Shown here one piece after another: positions 38,636-47,038 of a stretch of DNA of 64,000 nucleotides (positions within the stretch are counted from its first letter, which is position 1; every line of letters starts with the position of its first letter). The translations under genes and the position numbers were made by a program. Below the pieces are notes generated by a model. The model was not told the origin of the DNA. It saw nothing but the letters and a program-made list of their open reading frames with translations, and did no database searches. This DNA comes from an uncultured Desulfobacteraceae bacterium (GTDB lineage: Bacteria; Desulfobacterota; Desulfobacteria; Desulfobacterales; SKZT01): contig CAYZJH010000012.1 in NCBI GenBank assembly GCA_964478625.1, positions 8,087 to 72,086 on the forward strand, in the 5' to 3' direction.

Positions 38636-40672
38636 ATGAAACCGCGCATTATAGAAATCATTATAGATGGATACGGATATAATCCTGATGTTGAAATTGA
38701 CATTTTGAAGTCTGCATTCACCGCATTGACTGCACAAGAAAAAACTATATTTGAAAAAGTGATCCTGGAAGAGCTGAAAGAAGCCGGACATTCTATGTCA
38801 CCGGAGTCGGCTTTTATCATGGCCTTTAACCGAAACCCCCTGAATGTCCATTTTTGTAAAAGCTTTAAAAAGGAAATTGAAAATATTCCGCCCGAATCGT
38901 CCGCATGGCTCCACCATCGTGTTTCAGAGATTCAAAACACCCATCCAAAATTTGTAAAAGGAATTTATCATCTCATCTGTACTCTTGCCAAAGAAAAACA
39001 TTATGCTGCATGGGCCGCCCGAACTCCTTTTATTGATTACTTAAGGAATCACTACCCGTCGGTATCCACGAAAAGCTCAGGGGTGGATGCCGGATATGAA
39101 GATTTAACTCCTGAAGTACAAGGAAACTCGGAAACCGGGCATCAGCAACTGGGCAATTTTGTCGTAGCCCCTCAAGTACCTCTTGAAATTGCCATAGATA
39201 TTGAAAACGGAACCTTCTACCAGAATCCAACACTTAACGCAGCGATTGAAGAAGCGAAAGCAAAAAACACCAATTTAAATGTCACCATGATGGTTTCCGG
39301 AGAATATGGCGATGATGGCCGTGTGCACAGCTGTTGGAATCATTTGGAAAGTTTTCTGAAGATGGTGTTTTTACATCATCATTTTGATCCTGATAAATTC
39401 AGATTTCAGGCTATTTTGGATGGAAGAGATGCCCCATTGAAAAGTTCCCTGGAAATGGAAGGTAAAAAATACGGGTTCCTGCACAAACTCAGAAACTTGA
39501 TGGAATCCTACGATGCTTTAGAGTCTGTTGCATGGATTCTCGGCCGCGGATATGCCATGGACCGGGATTATGAAGAAGAGCGGACCCGTTTGGATTATAA
39601 ACTTTTGACGGACGCTGAAGGTATTGAAGCGGAAAATTTCGATGACGCCGTCAATATCGTCCAAAAATTACATAATGACAATATCTTTGACCCTTTTGTA
39701 AAACCCATTGCCATTAAAGATAAACATAAAAAACTGAGGAAAATTGAGCCAAATGATATTCTGGTTGATTTAAACTTTAGGGCTGACCGCCAAAGGGCAA
39801 GAATCGCAGCACTTTTGAACGCTGAAAAATTTCTTCAAACCGAGGCCGGGAAAAAAAACAAATCCTGGAAATTGGACTGGCTTAAAAAAGATCTTAACCT
39901 TTCCGTCTACTGTATTACGGAATACCATCCGGATTTATTAAATTACGGCGCCAAAATTGCCTATGCCATCAAACCCCAGCCGTTTAACTTTATCTCCATT
40001 TTGAGCAAATATTTTAAAGGCTCGAACCGGCCGTTCAAGTATTTGCTGGTTGCCGAAAGCACCAAAGCCGTACATATGGGGTATTTTATCAGAGGCCGAA
40101 GAGAATCCATTGAGGAAAAAGATGTAGAAACCCGGTTTATTATCCCCTCATACGCCGAAGATCACGGAATTTTTACAGACGACGACTATTATAAAACACC
40201 ACAGATGAAAGCCTTTGAAATCGGAGGAAAGCTTCTCAATGAATTCGCCCTTGGAATTTATGACCTGGTCATAACCAATTTTTCAAATCCCGACATGTTG
40301 GGGCATCTGGTGGGTAAACATTTCAACGAGGGTGTCCGCGGTCTTGAAGTAATTGATCATGTTGTCGAATCGATTGTCAAATTCGCCCTGAAAGAGGACT
40401 CATATGTCATTATTACTTCAGATCATGGAAATATTGAGGATTTCAGTTCCTCACATTCACTGAACCATATTATCACCACGTTTATTTCAACCCACCAAAA
40501 CATCATCCTGAACAAGAAACCAGGAGAATACATCAGGCCTTTCGATATTCCCTGGGCCATTACGGAACTGCTTGGGGTAACAGCAGAAATCGAAAAAGCA
40601 ATTCCCGAAATACCTGAATGGATCAAGCGGAAAAATCTGGCTGGGAAACCGCCTATAAAACTGTTGGACTGA
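38636..40672 (+). CDS. Divergent cofactor-independent phosphoglycerate mutase (iPGM / alkaline-phosphatase superfamily) homolog with about 110-aa N-terminal insertion
   Basis: iPGM blocks are conserved: IIIDGYG, GNSETGH (catalytic Ser), DDGRVHS, ILDGRD, GRGYAMDRD, NFRADR, NFSNPDMLGH and ITSDHGN. It is 678 aa against about 510 aa. Confidence 0.75.
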   Translation: MKPRIIEIIIDGYGYNPDVEIDILKSAFTALTAQEKTIFEKVILEELKEAGHSMSPESAFIMAFNRNPLNVHFCKSFKKEIENIPPESSAWLHHRVSEIQNTHPKFVKGIYHLICTLAKEKHYAAWAARTPFIDYLRNHYPSVSTKSSGVDAGYEDLTPEVQGNSETGHQQLGNFVVAPQVPLEIAIDIENGTFYQNPTLNAAIEEAKAKNTNLNVTMMVSGEYGDDGRVHSCWNHLESFLKMVFLHHHFDPDKFRFQAILDGRDAPLKSSLEMEGKKYGFLHKLRNLMESYDALESVAWILGRGYAMDRDYEEERTRLDYKLLTDAEGIEAENFDDAVNIVQKLHNDNIFDPFVKPIAIKDKHKKLRKIEPNDILVDLNFRADRQRARIAALLNAEKFLQTEAGKKNKSWKLDWLKKDLNLSVYCITEYHPDLLNYGAKIAYAIKPQPFNFISILSKYFKGSNRPFKYLLVAESTKAVHMGYFIRGRRESIEEKDVETRFIIPSYAEDHGIFTDDDYYKTPQMKAFEIGGKLLNEFALGIYDLVITNFSNPDMLGHLVGKHFNEGVRGLEVIDHVVESIVKFALKEDSYVIITSDHGNIEDFSSSHSLNHIITTFISTHQNIILNKKPGEYIRPFDIPWAITELLGVTAEIEKAIPEIPEWIKRKNLAGKPPIKLLD

Positions 40673-40685
40673 GGCTGGGTATCAC

Positions 40686-41909
40686 TTAATGATTTGACCA
40701 TTGAGACAAGAGTCTGTTGACGCTGATCACCGGATCTTTATTTAGAACCGTTTTCATGTATTCAAGGTTCAGAATACTTTTCATCTCTTCCTTGGTGAGC
40801 TGATTCAGGTACTCCGGACTTGTGAAAAAATCATTCAGCTTTTTATTCTTAAACACGTCATCCTGAGGATACCGTTCTTTAAGATTTTGAAAATACGCAC
40901 TAATTTCTGTTCTCATGTCTTCAATGGACAACATGGCGATTTGGGAAAAGGCAACGGCTAGTTCTTCGGGTTTTGGAAGGTTCGGGTTTTCCAAAACCGT
41001 TTTAAAACCGGTTTCAAATCGTCTGATGCCTTCCTGGATGTGGTGTCTTTTCACCATGTTGATACTGGCGGCTCCGGCGTTAAGCCATTTAAACATGGCA
41101 CACTTGACCAAAGGCGTATCGGATCGCTCAACAAATACGGTGATGGAAAATGATTCGTACATATACGGAGTCACCCAACCAAGTCCGGACTTGTTTACTC
41201 CGGTTTCCTGGGTATACAGATAATTCCAGTCGTTATCCCCTCCCACAGCATAAGCCTTTTTTCCAGGTGCCTTATCCCGTTGACTGGATATGGAAAAAAA
41301 TACATTTTGATTTTTGTACCTGCTTAAAACTAAAAGCCTGTCCATATCATAGCTGTAATATGTCCAGGAAGACATGTCCGGGGTTGTCGATTCGTGTTGG
41401 ATTCCCCGAATGAGTTGGAAATGGCCCTCCTCAACAGGGTAATTCCAGTGCCAGGATTTGCTTCCTTGCTGAACCCCGTTAAAATCTTTCCAGTAAGAAA
41501 GCCGGACAGAACTGGGGATTACCGCCTGAGACGGAATCTTGCCGGTGTAGGCGTATTGGATAATTTTATCCAATTTCTGATCAATTTCAAATTCATGATA
41601 TGCCGATTGTGCATTAAAGTTGTCTTCCGAATAATAGAGTGCAGGCCATGTTTTATTCCGGGATGAAACAAAATCGATTACCGGAGCAATATGGGCCATG
41701 GCAATTTCTTCATTGTTATCGACATCCAGAAGGCCAAGGAGGTATTGGAGGCTTTCCAAGACAGGTTTCGGAAGCCGAATTTCTGGTGGGTTCGAACTTG
41801 CCAGGGTCTGTGACGAAAGAACATAAAAAAATAATCCTACAACTACCGGGAATAATACTTTTCGAGATTTTTTCCAGAAGGAACCATCTGTTTTTTTTAT
41901 CATATTCAC
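40686..41909 (-). CDS. Hypothetical secreted protein (407 aa)
   Basis: The N-terminal signal peptide is VLFPVVVGLFFYVLSSQTLASS. I recognised no domain. Confidence 0.6.
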   Translation of the reverse strand: MNMIKKTDGSFWKKSRKVLFPVVVGLFFYVLSSQTLASSNPPEIRLPKPVLESLQYLLGLLDVDNNEEIAMAHIAPVIDFVSSRNKTWPALYYSEDNFNAQSAYHEFEIDQKLDKIIQYAYTGKIPSQAVIPSSVRLSYWKDFNGVQQGSKSWHWNYPVEEGHFQLIRGIQHESTTPDMSSWTYYSYDMDRLLVLSRYKNQNVFFSISSQRDKAPGKKAYAVGGDNDWNYLYTQETGVNKSGLGWVTPYMYESFSITVFVERSDTPLVKCAMFKWLNAGAASINMVKRHHIQEGIRRFETGFKTVLENPNLPKPEELAVAFSQIAMLSIEDMRTEISAYFQNLKERYPQDDVFKNKKLNDFFTSPEYLNQLTKEEMKSILNLEYMKTVLNKDPVISVNRLLSQWSNH

Positions 41910-42218
41910 TATTTTTTTTCGAGGTGTCGGTTAATGTAATGAGTCTTTTCATCAAACCGGACTTGATTCGCAATGGGATGATCCTTTTTCGCGAATCCGG
42001 ATTTGATGTAATTATGTCCGAGTATCCGAAAAATCCTTCATGTTTTGACTATACCACCATTGGATTACAGGAAGCAATATGAATGAAACAACTATTTGTT
42101 CCAATGAACTGAAAAATCAGCTTGACAATTTACGATACTTTATCTTATCAGCATAACAATCAATCGCAATATGAAATTGCGTGTCACTAAATATTATCCT
42201 GGCAGTAAAAAGTTCTCC

Positions 42219-42341
42219 GTCATGCCGGACTTGATCCGGCATCCAGAAAAACCAGCTTCCTTAATCCAGCTGGATAGCGCTGCGCTTCACTTCGTGCCCA
42301 GCCCCCGGTTCAAACCCGGGGATGGCTTTGCCGGAATGACG
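42219..42341 (+). repeat. Family-2 repeat, long form (GTCATGCCGGACTTGATCCGGCATCCAG ... TGGATAGCGC..CTTCACTTCGTGCCC ... GGCTTTGCCGGAATGACG)
   Basis: It aligns with 58067-58150. This copy carries an extra CCCGG-TTCAAAC-CCGGG hairpin insert. Confidence 0.65.
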
Positions 42342-42429
42342 ATACATTAAAATCGATAATAATGTATTTCAGGGACTCAGGAGAAGTTAAGACTGTCAAG
42401 TAATTATAATAAAGCCAAATTGATTTAAG

Positions 42430-42483
42430 CCACGAAGGCTCATTCGGAAAAGAGTTTCCGAAAAGAATTCGTGGTTTTTTTTT
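42430..42483 (+). terminator. Intrinsic-terminator-like hairpin plus T9 tract in the 5' leader of the TonB-dependent receptor gene (candidate attenuator)
   Basis: The structure is CCACGAA-GGCTCA-TTCGGAAA-AGAG-TTTCCGAA-AAGAA-TTCGTGG followed by TTTTTTTTT. The RBS AAGGAG starts 6 nt after the T-run. The upstream gene is on the opposite strand. Confidence 0.6.
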
Positions 42484-42502
42484 GCCTAAAGGAGAAAATA
42501 AA

Positions 42503-44587
42503 ATGAAAAGGTCAGCTCTGATCATGGTTTGGTTTCTGGTGTTTCTTACCCTTGGTATCCAAAAAGCTCCTGCCACAGAGGATGATTCCAGTTATGGCAA
42601 GGATTCGGTTTCCGAAATGCAGGAAGCTGCCGCTGAAACAGATGACGGGGTATATCAATTGGATGATATTGTCATTACCGCAACCAAAACACCAAGGACC
42701 CCGGGAAACATTACCCAGAAAGTCTCTATCATCAGTGAGGAAGAAATCAGAAACAGGATTATCGGAAAGGGCAATATTGCGGAAATTCTCTCATACGAAC
42801 CCGGCAATTTTGCCAGTGTACTTTCCAGAAATGACGCCAACTGGGGCTCTTCGGGGGGACTGGCTCAAAAATACAAAAGCTATCTGCTTGATGGTCTTCC
42901 GGTTGATTCCTTTGTGGATCCTCAAAACCTTGATGTCTGGGCTTTTGAAAGAATGGAAAACCAGCGTGGACCGGCTGCTGTTCTTTATCCCAATTACCTT
43001 TTTATGGACTTTGCTGGAAATCAGTCCGCCCTTGCCGGTACGACCAATTTGATTTTAAAGGAATATATCACCAAACCAAAATCAGAAATTCAGGCTTATT
43101 ACGGATCCTACGATACTTACGGAGCCAGGTTTTTTCACCAGCAGCGAGCTGAAAACCTTCATCTCTTTTTCGGAGGCCACCATGAGTCTTCGGATTATAC
43201 CAACTATGGAACCAGAGACTCCTGGCTTAACATGATCAAAGATCCGGAATATGAAAAGACAAAACTTTACCTGCGGGGTTCATATTTCATTAACGATTCT
43301 TTAGACCATAAGATCAATTTTTTCGCCCATCGCACCTGGCATGACGGAGACGCAGGACGACCCAACCGCGATTTCGATCATGAATATTCCACTGTTCAGG
43401 CAGGGTATTCTTTCCCGCTTTCTGATGTCTTAGAGGGTTCGATCAAACTGGGGTATCGAAAATATGAACGAACCTGGGAGGAGGATAATTTTCCCACCAA
43501 TTTGAGTTTAAGATCTGAAAATGGGGTCGATCAGGAAATAATTCCGGGAGATATCTCATTTTCCTTTTCTCATCTAAAGAACAGCCGCCTGACATTCGGC
43601 ACTGATTTTCAGTTTGCTACCTATGAAACCTATGAAGAAGTATCCGAAAAGATTACCGGAAATGATGCCGAGGCTCGTCAATTCGGCCTGTATGCTCAGG
43701 AAGAACTGGTATTGGATGATCTGACCCTCAGATTTGGCGGACGATACAATTATACAAAACACAAAATCGACCTTTTGGGGGGCCAACCTCCTGGAGAAAG
43801 CAGCGAGTCTTGGGATAAATTCCTCTGGAGTGCCGGTGCACGCTATCTATTTACAGATACCTTTTCTGTCTATTCGAATGTTGGCACCAGTTTTCTGGCT
43901 CCTTCCCTTAAATCAGTGGGGGGTACCATAAAACTCAGCGACAAGGGGGTTATCGGAAAAGACGGGCACCTTCCCAATCCGGGCCTGGAACCAGAAGAGG
44001 GTATCGGAGTGGATCTTGGATTTGATTTTCAGGCGACCCCTGATGTTTATTTTGGCATTCGCGGGTTTTACAATAAAATCGATGACCAGATCGTTCAGGT
44101 GGTGGTCAGCGAAAATCCTTCCCAATCCCAGGATATCAACGCCGGTAAGACAAAATCTTATGGAATGGAAGCCGAAATACGGCATAAACCCATAGACTGG
44201 ATGGAATGGTTTGCCAACTATACCTATACCAACAGTGAGATCAAAAACTCCAGGGACCCGGATCAGGATGGGGCAGAAGTTCCTTTCGTACCCGAGCACA
44301 TGGGAAACGTCGGGATGTTTTTCAGATGTCCCTATGATTTTACCGCCAGTGTTTATGTTCAATTTGTCGGAAAAATCTATGACAGCACATCAAAAAGGGA
44401 CAGATCGGCATTTTCATCCTATGAACTTCTGAACGCCAAAGCGGAAAAGCTTCTGGTTCATCAGGAAAATCTGCTTCTCAGCCTCTACCTGGATTTGTAC
44501 AATATCGGCAATAAAAAATTTAAAATGCCATGGCAGTTTCAGGATCCCGGTTTTTCAGCTACCGGAGGTGTTCGGATCGTATTTTAG
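42503..44587 (+). CDS. TonB-dependent outer-membrane receptor
   Basis: It has a signal peptide, a plug-domain start DDIVITATKTPR, a beta-barrel of alternating pattern, and a terminal aromatic ...GGVRIVF. Confidence 0.9.
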   Translation: MKRSALIMVWFLVFLTLGIQKAPATEDDSSYGKDSVSEMQEAAAETDDGVYQLDDIVITATKTPRTPGNITQKVSIISEEEIRNRIIGKGNIAEILSYEPGNFASVLSRNDANWGSSGGLAQKYKSYLLDGLPVDSFVDPQNLDVWAFERMENQRGPAAVLYPNYLFMDFAGNQSALAGTTNLILKEYITKPKSEIQAYYGSYDTYGARFFHQQRAENLHLFFGGHHESSDYTNYGTRDSWLNMIKDPEYEKTKLYLRGSYFINDSLDHKINFFAHRTWHDGDAGRPNRDFDHEYSTVQAGYSFPLSDVLEGSIKLGYRKYERTWEEDNFPTNLSLRSENGVDQEIIPGDISFSFSHLKNSRLTFGTDFQFATYETYEEVSEKITGNDAEARQFGLYAQEELVLDDLTLRFGGRYNYTKHKIDLLGGQPPGESSESWDKFLWSAGARYLFTDTFSVYSNVGTSFLAPSLKSVGGTIKLSDKGVIGKDGHLPNPGLEPEEGIGVDLGFDFQATPDVYFGIRGFYNKIDDQIVQVVVSENPSQSQDINAGKTKSYGMEAEIRHKPIDWMEWFANYTYTNSEIKNSRDPDQDGAEVPFVPEHMGNVGMFFRCPYDFTASVYVQFVGKIYDSTSKRDRSAFSSYELLNAKAEKLLVHQENLLLSLYLDLYNIGNKKFKMPWQFQDPGFSATGGVRIVF

Positions 44588-44604
44588 TTTAGTTTAACCC
44601 GATC

Positions 44605-44653
44605 TGAGCGATCAGGATCCGATGATTCCTCTATCTTCCGACCTGATCGCTCA
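44605..44653 (+). other. 12-bp perfect inverted repeat (TGAGCGATCAGG / CCTGATCGCTCA) just after the receptor gene
   Basis: Read directly. The loop is 25 nt and there is no T-tract. Confidence 0.45.
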
Positions 44654-44852
44654 ATCCATTAAAAGTTGACTTGTGCATGGCAAGCATCTAAAATTTCCCC
44701 ACATGACACTCTTTTTCCGTAATTTCTGATAAATTGAGATTATCTTGTCGATTTTCGGTTTTGCAGGTCTTCTGCTTCGCTAAAAACGACAGGAACTCCT
44801 TTTGTCAACGCATTACCGGAGCATCATTATTCAAAACTGGAGAGCATCAGGT

Positions 44853-45518
44853 ATGAAAATTACCCCGAACTTGCACGCATTTATCTGGAATTCCATGACC
44901 ACCAACAATTGCAATACCTATATGATCGATGGTTCAAAACGGATTCTGATCGATCCGGGGCATGCCGATCTTTTCAGCCATGTTCGGCAAGGACTCCATG
45001 AACTCGGCTTGACAATTAAAGATATCGACTTGCTCATCTGCACCCATGCCCATCCTGACCATCTGGAGTCTGCCGCCTTGTTTAAAAAGGAACAGGTTCC
45101 CTTTGCAATTCATGAAAGGGAGTGGAACTGGCTGAAAGAAATGGAAATTTATATTCGCGGAGCTTATGGGCAGGGAATCGAGGCGATCCAGCCGGATTTT
45201 CTGCTAACGGAAGGTCAACTGTCGCTGGAATCGACACAGCTTTGGGTAATTCATACCCCTGGTCATTCCAAAGGGTCGATTTGTCTGTATTGGACCGAAG
45301 AAAACGCCTTGTTTACAGGGGACCTGGTTTTTAAATCAGGTTTTGGAAGAACCGACCTTCCCGGAGGCAACATGGAACAACTCAGGGCCAGCATCAAAAA
45401 AGTCTCGGAACTTGATATCAAATGGCTCCTTCCCGGGCACGGCAATATTATCAGCGGGATCAACGAGGTTAAAGCCAATTTCGATCATATCCAGGAGCTG
45501 ATGATGACCTATTATTGA
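44853..45518 (+). CDS. MBL-fold metallo-hydrolase
   Basis: CTHAHPDH matches the HxHxDH motif, followed by HTPGHS. ATG 44853 lies after GGAGAG. Confidence 0.85.
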   Translation: MKITPNLHAFIWNSMTTNNCNTYMIDGSKRILIDPGHADLFSHVRQGLHELGLTIKDIDLLICTHAHPDHLESAALFKKEQVPFAIHEREWNWLKEMEIYIRGAYGQGIEAIQPDFLLTEGQLSLESTQLWVIHTPGHSKGSICLYWTEENALFTGDLVFKSGFGRTDLPGGNMEQLRASIKKVSELDIKWLLPGHGNIISGINEVKANFDHIQELMMTYY

Positions 45519-46048
45519 TCCGGAAGGTATGAAGCCTTTTGAGTCGCCAGAATTTTTTGGTGCCTTTCGCACAGCTCCCGGTACTGCCTTTGCCATTGAC
45601 TGTCTATATCCAAATTGGGAACAACCGCAGAACCCGAAATTCCGTGCTTTTGTGCAATTTCCTGTTTCAGGGTTTTGATTCTTTCACCTAATGCTATCTG
45701 ATAATCCTGTTCGAAATTGCTTAAAACCGATAAAAGCTCTTTTGCGGATATACCGCAAAAATATTGAAGCAACTCGATATGTTTGGTGTTGTCCTCCAAA
45801 AGGGTTATTTGCTCGAGCAGTTCTTGTGTCAACAAAGGATGAATTTCCACCTCGGTTTCATTGGCAATCAGATCCAGGCCTTTTCCGAAATTTTTCCGTG
45901 TCAACAAACCATCTTTATATTTTTGTAACAATCCTTTTAGCTTCAGTTTTGCATGATCGATTTTTACATGACTTTTTTCGTCTTCCGTCATGGTCAGGTG
46001 CCTTGTCTTTTCCATTACAAGATCAATTGTGCTTTTTATTTCTCCCAT
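45512..46048 (-). CDS. Hypothetical protein (178 aa)
   Basis: It is a clean ORF with helical, charged composition. I recognised no motif. Confidence 0.5.
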   Translation of the reverse strand: MGEIKSTIDLVMEKTRHLTMTEDEKSHVKIDHAKLKLKGLLQKYKDGLLTRKNFGKGLDLIANETEVEIHPLLTQELLEQITLLEDNTKHIELLQYFCGISAKELLSVLSNFEQDYQIALGERIKTLKQEIAQKHGISGSAVVPNLDIDSQWQRQYRELCERHQKILATQKASYLPDQ

Positions 46049-46053
46049 ATCCT

Positions 46054-46815
46054 CTACCTCTTGGGCAAAGCCACTCCGCGACTTTCAAGATAGGCTTTGA
46101 GTTCCGGAATGGAGATTATATTGAAATGAAAAACAGAGGCAGCCAATAGAATGGTTGCTCCCGCCTGGACTGCTTCGTAAAAATGCTCGAGAGTTCCGGC
46201 TCCTCCGGAAGCCACAACCTCTGCGGAGGTAGCTTCTTTGATTTTTTTGATCAGGGGAAGATCATATCCTGTTTTGACTCCATCGGTGGCCTTGCTGGTG
46301 GGAAGAATCGTTTTAATGCCAAAACCATCGACTTTCATGGCCCATTCAATAGCATCCACACCGGTGGCTGTGCGGCCGCCATCAATGTAAACTTCATACC
46401 CCGACGGCAAAGCCGGGTTGGTTCCTGCGTCAATGGCAACAGTCACCCGGTCGGTGCCGAATTCTTTAACCATTTCTGCAATGACTTCGGGCTTTCGGAA
46501 CGCAGCGCTGCTCGTTGAAATTTTATCAGCTCCGGCCTCCAGAACCGCAGCGGCCGAAGCCACATCACTGATGCCACCCCCAACAGTAAAGGGAACATCG
46601 GCCACCTCAGCAACCTTTTTTACTACATCCAACATGGTGGCACGGCCCTCGATGGTAGCGGTAATATCCAGCAAGGCAAGTTCATCAGCTCCGGCACTGC
46701 AATAGGCACGGCAACAGGCAACGGGATCTCCGGCATCCCGAATATTGATAAACTGAATTCCTTTGACAACTCTTCCGTTTTGCATATCAAGGCATGGCAT
46801 AATTTTTACGGTCAT
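46054..46815 (-). CDS. hisF: Imidazole glycerol phosphate synthase cyclase subunit HisF (no hisH or hisA adjacent)
   Basis: IMPCLDMQNGRVVKG, RDAGDP, DELALLDITA, FTVGGGI and ASGGAGTLEHF are present. Confidence 0.9.
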   Translation of the reverse strand: MTVKIMPCLDMQNGRVVKGIQFINIRDAGDPVACCRAYCSAGADELALLDITATIEGRATMLDVVKKVAEVADVPFTVGGGISDVASAAAVLEAGADKISTSSAAFRKPEVIAEMVKEFGTDRVTVAIDAGTNPALPSGYEVYIDGGRTATGVDAIEWAMKVDGFGIKTILPTSKATDGVKTGYDLPLIKKIKEATSAEVVASGGAGTLEHFYEAVQAGATILLAASVFHFNIISIPELKAYLESRGVALPKR

Positions 46816-47038
46816 CGGCGATTTTCCTTACGTTTAAATTTGTTTCAATACCTGATTAATCTCTATTCCTTTCATTTACTGACTTTATTTAATGATTATG
46901 GATGTACCTCTACAATTTCTCCGGTAAGGAGTCAAGGTTCAAAAAAGGACAGGTGTTCTTTAATAGGGCATTCAAAGTTGACCTTTCACAAACGGAGTGT
47001 TAAAAACTTCGGAAATAATGCTCGGAAAGGAAATACAG

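Noticed and set aside
42300-42325. A tRNA T-arm-like hairpin CCCGG-TTCAAAC-CCGGG, suggesting a tRNA gene or fragment.
   Set aside because: No matching acceptor stem, D-arm or anticodon arm can be built from the flanks. It is an insert within a family-2 repeat copy and is absent from the 58-kb copy.
42343-42430. A cobalamin riboswitch upstream of the TonB-dependent receptor.
   Set aside because: No B12-box or GGTGAAA/GCCACTG-type conserved elements are visible. Only the terminator is reported, as an unassigned attenuator.
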